In this document: one piece after another, positions 16,251 to 17,437 of the stretch | Position numbering within the stretch: position 1 is the first letter of the stretch | Layout of the letters: every line of letters starts with the position of its first letter | Assembly (NCBI GenBank): GCA_034408725.1 | Contig: JAWXCN010000038.1 | Coordinates: 1-17,437, forward strand | DNA length: 17,437 nt | DNA from: Candidatus Hydrogenedentota bacterium | GTDB taxonomy: Bacteria > Hydrogenedentota > Hydrogenedentia > Hydrogenedentales > SLHB01 | Direction: 5' to 3' | Translations under genes and position numbers: made by a program | The notes under the pieces: generated by a model | Told to the model about the DNA's origin: nothing | What the model saw: only the letters and a program-made list of their open reading frames with translations | Database searches by the model: none

Positions 16251-17437
16251 TTGGTATTTCGCACACTCAATAGTTTGGCCGTTTCATTTCTCTGCGCGGT
16301 AGCCGCCGTTGCGCAGCCGTTTTTGGTTGATTTTCCCGCTGGCGCGGTCCTGCGGGGCGCGGTGTTCGACGCCTCCGGAGATGCGGTCTACCTTTCCGCA
16401 TACGATCTCAATGAAGTATGGAAAGTATTGGCGGCAAGCGGCGAGATTCTTGCCCGAGCAGACGCCGGCAAAGGCGCCAGCGCGCTCGCATCGGATGGCG
16501 CGGTGCTGGCCTGTGTGAACCGCTCGGCGAAAACGGTTTCGCTGATCCGGCTCAACGATTTTTCGGTCATCGGCGAGGCAAGTGTCGGCAGCGGCGCCGA
16601 CGAAATCACGGCGCTGCCCGGCGGCGGGTTTGCGGTCGCAAACGGCTTTTCCGACAGCATTACCCTGATCGATCCCGGCAATCCCGGCGCGCCCGTGACC
16701 ATCAACGGCGTATCGAGCGTTCCCAGTGGCATTGCGGCATCCGAATCGCTGCTCGCGGTCACGACGCGGTCGCCCGCGGCGCTCCTGGTATATGCGGGTG
16801 GATCGCAAACACCGAATGCCACGGTCCCGCTACCGGATGGCCCATCAAAAGTTGCTTCGCTTCCGGGCGATCAATTTGCGGTGTTGACGAAGCAGAGCGT
16901 CGTTGTCGTGGACGGCGGCATTGGCCGGATCGTTGCGGAACGCGCCATCGTCGCGCGCGATATTGCGTCGCGCGGTGATCGCGTACTAATCCTTGGCGCC
17001 GCATCGGTCGATATCTGCGATGCCGCGTTGAATCCGTTGTCGACCGTGCCTGTCGAAGGTGATTCCAGTTCGATTGCCGCCGGCACAAATGGGTTCGCAT
17101 TACTTTCGCCGAAATACAAAGCATGGTCGCTATGCGCGACGTTGCCGGCTGCCACCGGACAAACCGTTGCCGGCGCAACCGCGCCTGGGAACGTGCCAGA
17201 ACCGGCGCCCGTGGAAGCTGCGCAACTGCCTGCGTTGGAAGACACCAATGCGGCTCCCGTAGAACCCGAGCCGGTTGTCGTCGCGCAAGCCGAACCCGCA
17301 GTGGAAACGCCGGAACCTGAGATCGTCGAAACTGCTCCGGCGGAACCAGCCGCTATCGAGCCGACACCGGAACCGATTGCCGCGACGGCTGAAGTGGAAT
17401 CAGAGACCGAAGCGACCGCGCCGGAGGTTTCTCCTGA
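16251..17437 (+). CDS. Secreted YVTN/YncE-like beta-propeller protein with a Pro/Glu-rich linker, partial: runs off the window end
   Basis: Not in the ORF track. Manual translation is open from TTG 16251 to the end: (M)VFRTLNSLAVSFLCAVAAVAQP...AVYLSAYDLNEVWKV...LACVNRSAKTVSLI...FAVANGFSDSITLID...VPEPAPVEAAQ...EPEPVVVAQAEPAVETPEPE. Confidence 0.8.
   Translation, partial: MVFRTLNSLAVSFLCAVAAVAQPFLVDFPAGAVLRGAVFDASGDAVYLSAYDLNEVWKVLAASGEILARADAGKGASALASDGAVLACVNRSAKTVSLIRLNDFSVIGEASVGSGADEITALPGGGFAVANGFSDSITLIDPGNPGAPVTINGVSSVPSGIAASESLLAVTTRSPAALLVYAGGSQTPNATVPLPDGPSKVASLPGDQFAVLTKQSVVVVDGGIGRIVAERAIVARDIASRGDRVLILGAASVDICDAALNPLSTVPVEGDSSSIAAGTNGFALLSPKYKAWSLCATLPAATGQTVAGATAPGNVPEPAPVEAAQLPALEDTNAAPVEPEPVVVAQAEPAVETPEPEIVETAPAEPAAIEPTPEPIAATAEVESETEATAPEVSP

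Noticed and set aside
17198..17209. VPEP in the last ORF as a second PEP-CTERM signal
   Set aside because: It is internal and followed by an acidic Pro-rich linker, not a TM helix with a basic tail.
17435..17437. Terminal TGA as the stop of the last gene
   Set aside because: It is out of frame (the reading is CCT GA-), so the gene continues past the window.

Overview
GC-rich bacterial chromosomal window of mostly housekeeping and accessory genes. It has no integrase, transposase or CRISPR array. Left to right: a FAD-binding oxidoreductase cut by the window edge and a MarR regulator that share an operator-like motif; a PEP-CTERM surface protein behind a consensus sigma-54 promoter; a stand-alone HD (RelA/SpoT hydrolase-like) protein next to tRNA-Val(CAC); a truncated isochorismatase-family remnant; a PD-(D/E)XK-like hypothetical; cstA followed by two Kdo/WaaP-family kinases; a small basic HTH/coiled-coil protein; a Tat-exported Gfo/Idh/MocA oxidoreductase, a secreted beta-helix protein and a SHOCT protein. 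Next is a minus-strand run queC - SDR - ABM/LsrG-like - queF, with a different REP-like palindromic cluster at each que junction and NrdR-box-like motifs upstream. The window ends with a divergent PfkB kinase, a small secreted Pro/Gln-rich protein and a secreted beta-propeller protein that runs off the edge. The best leads are the interrupted queC/queF locus, its NrdR-like boxes and repeats, and the sigma-54 PEP-CTERM regulatory architecture. All family calls come from motif recognition by eye; no searches were run.
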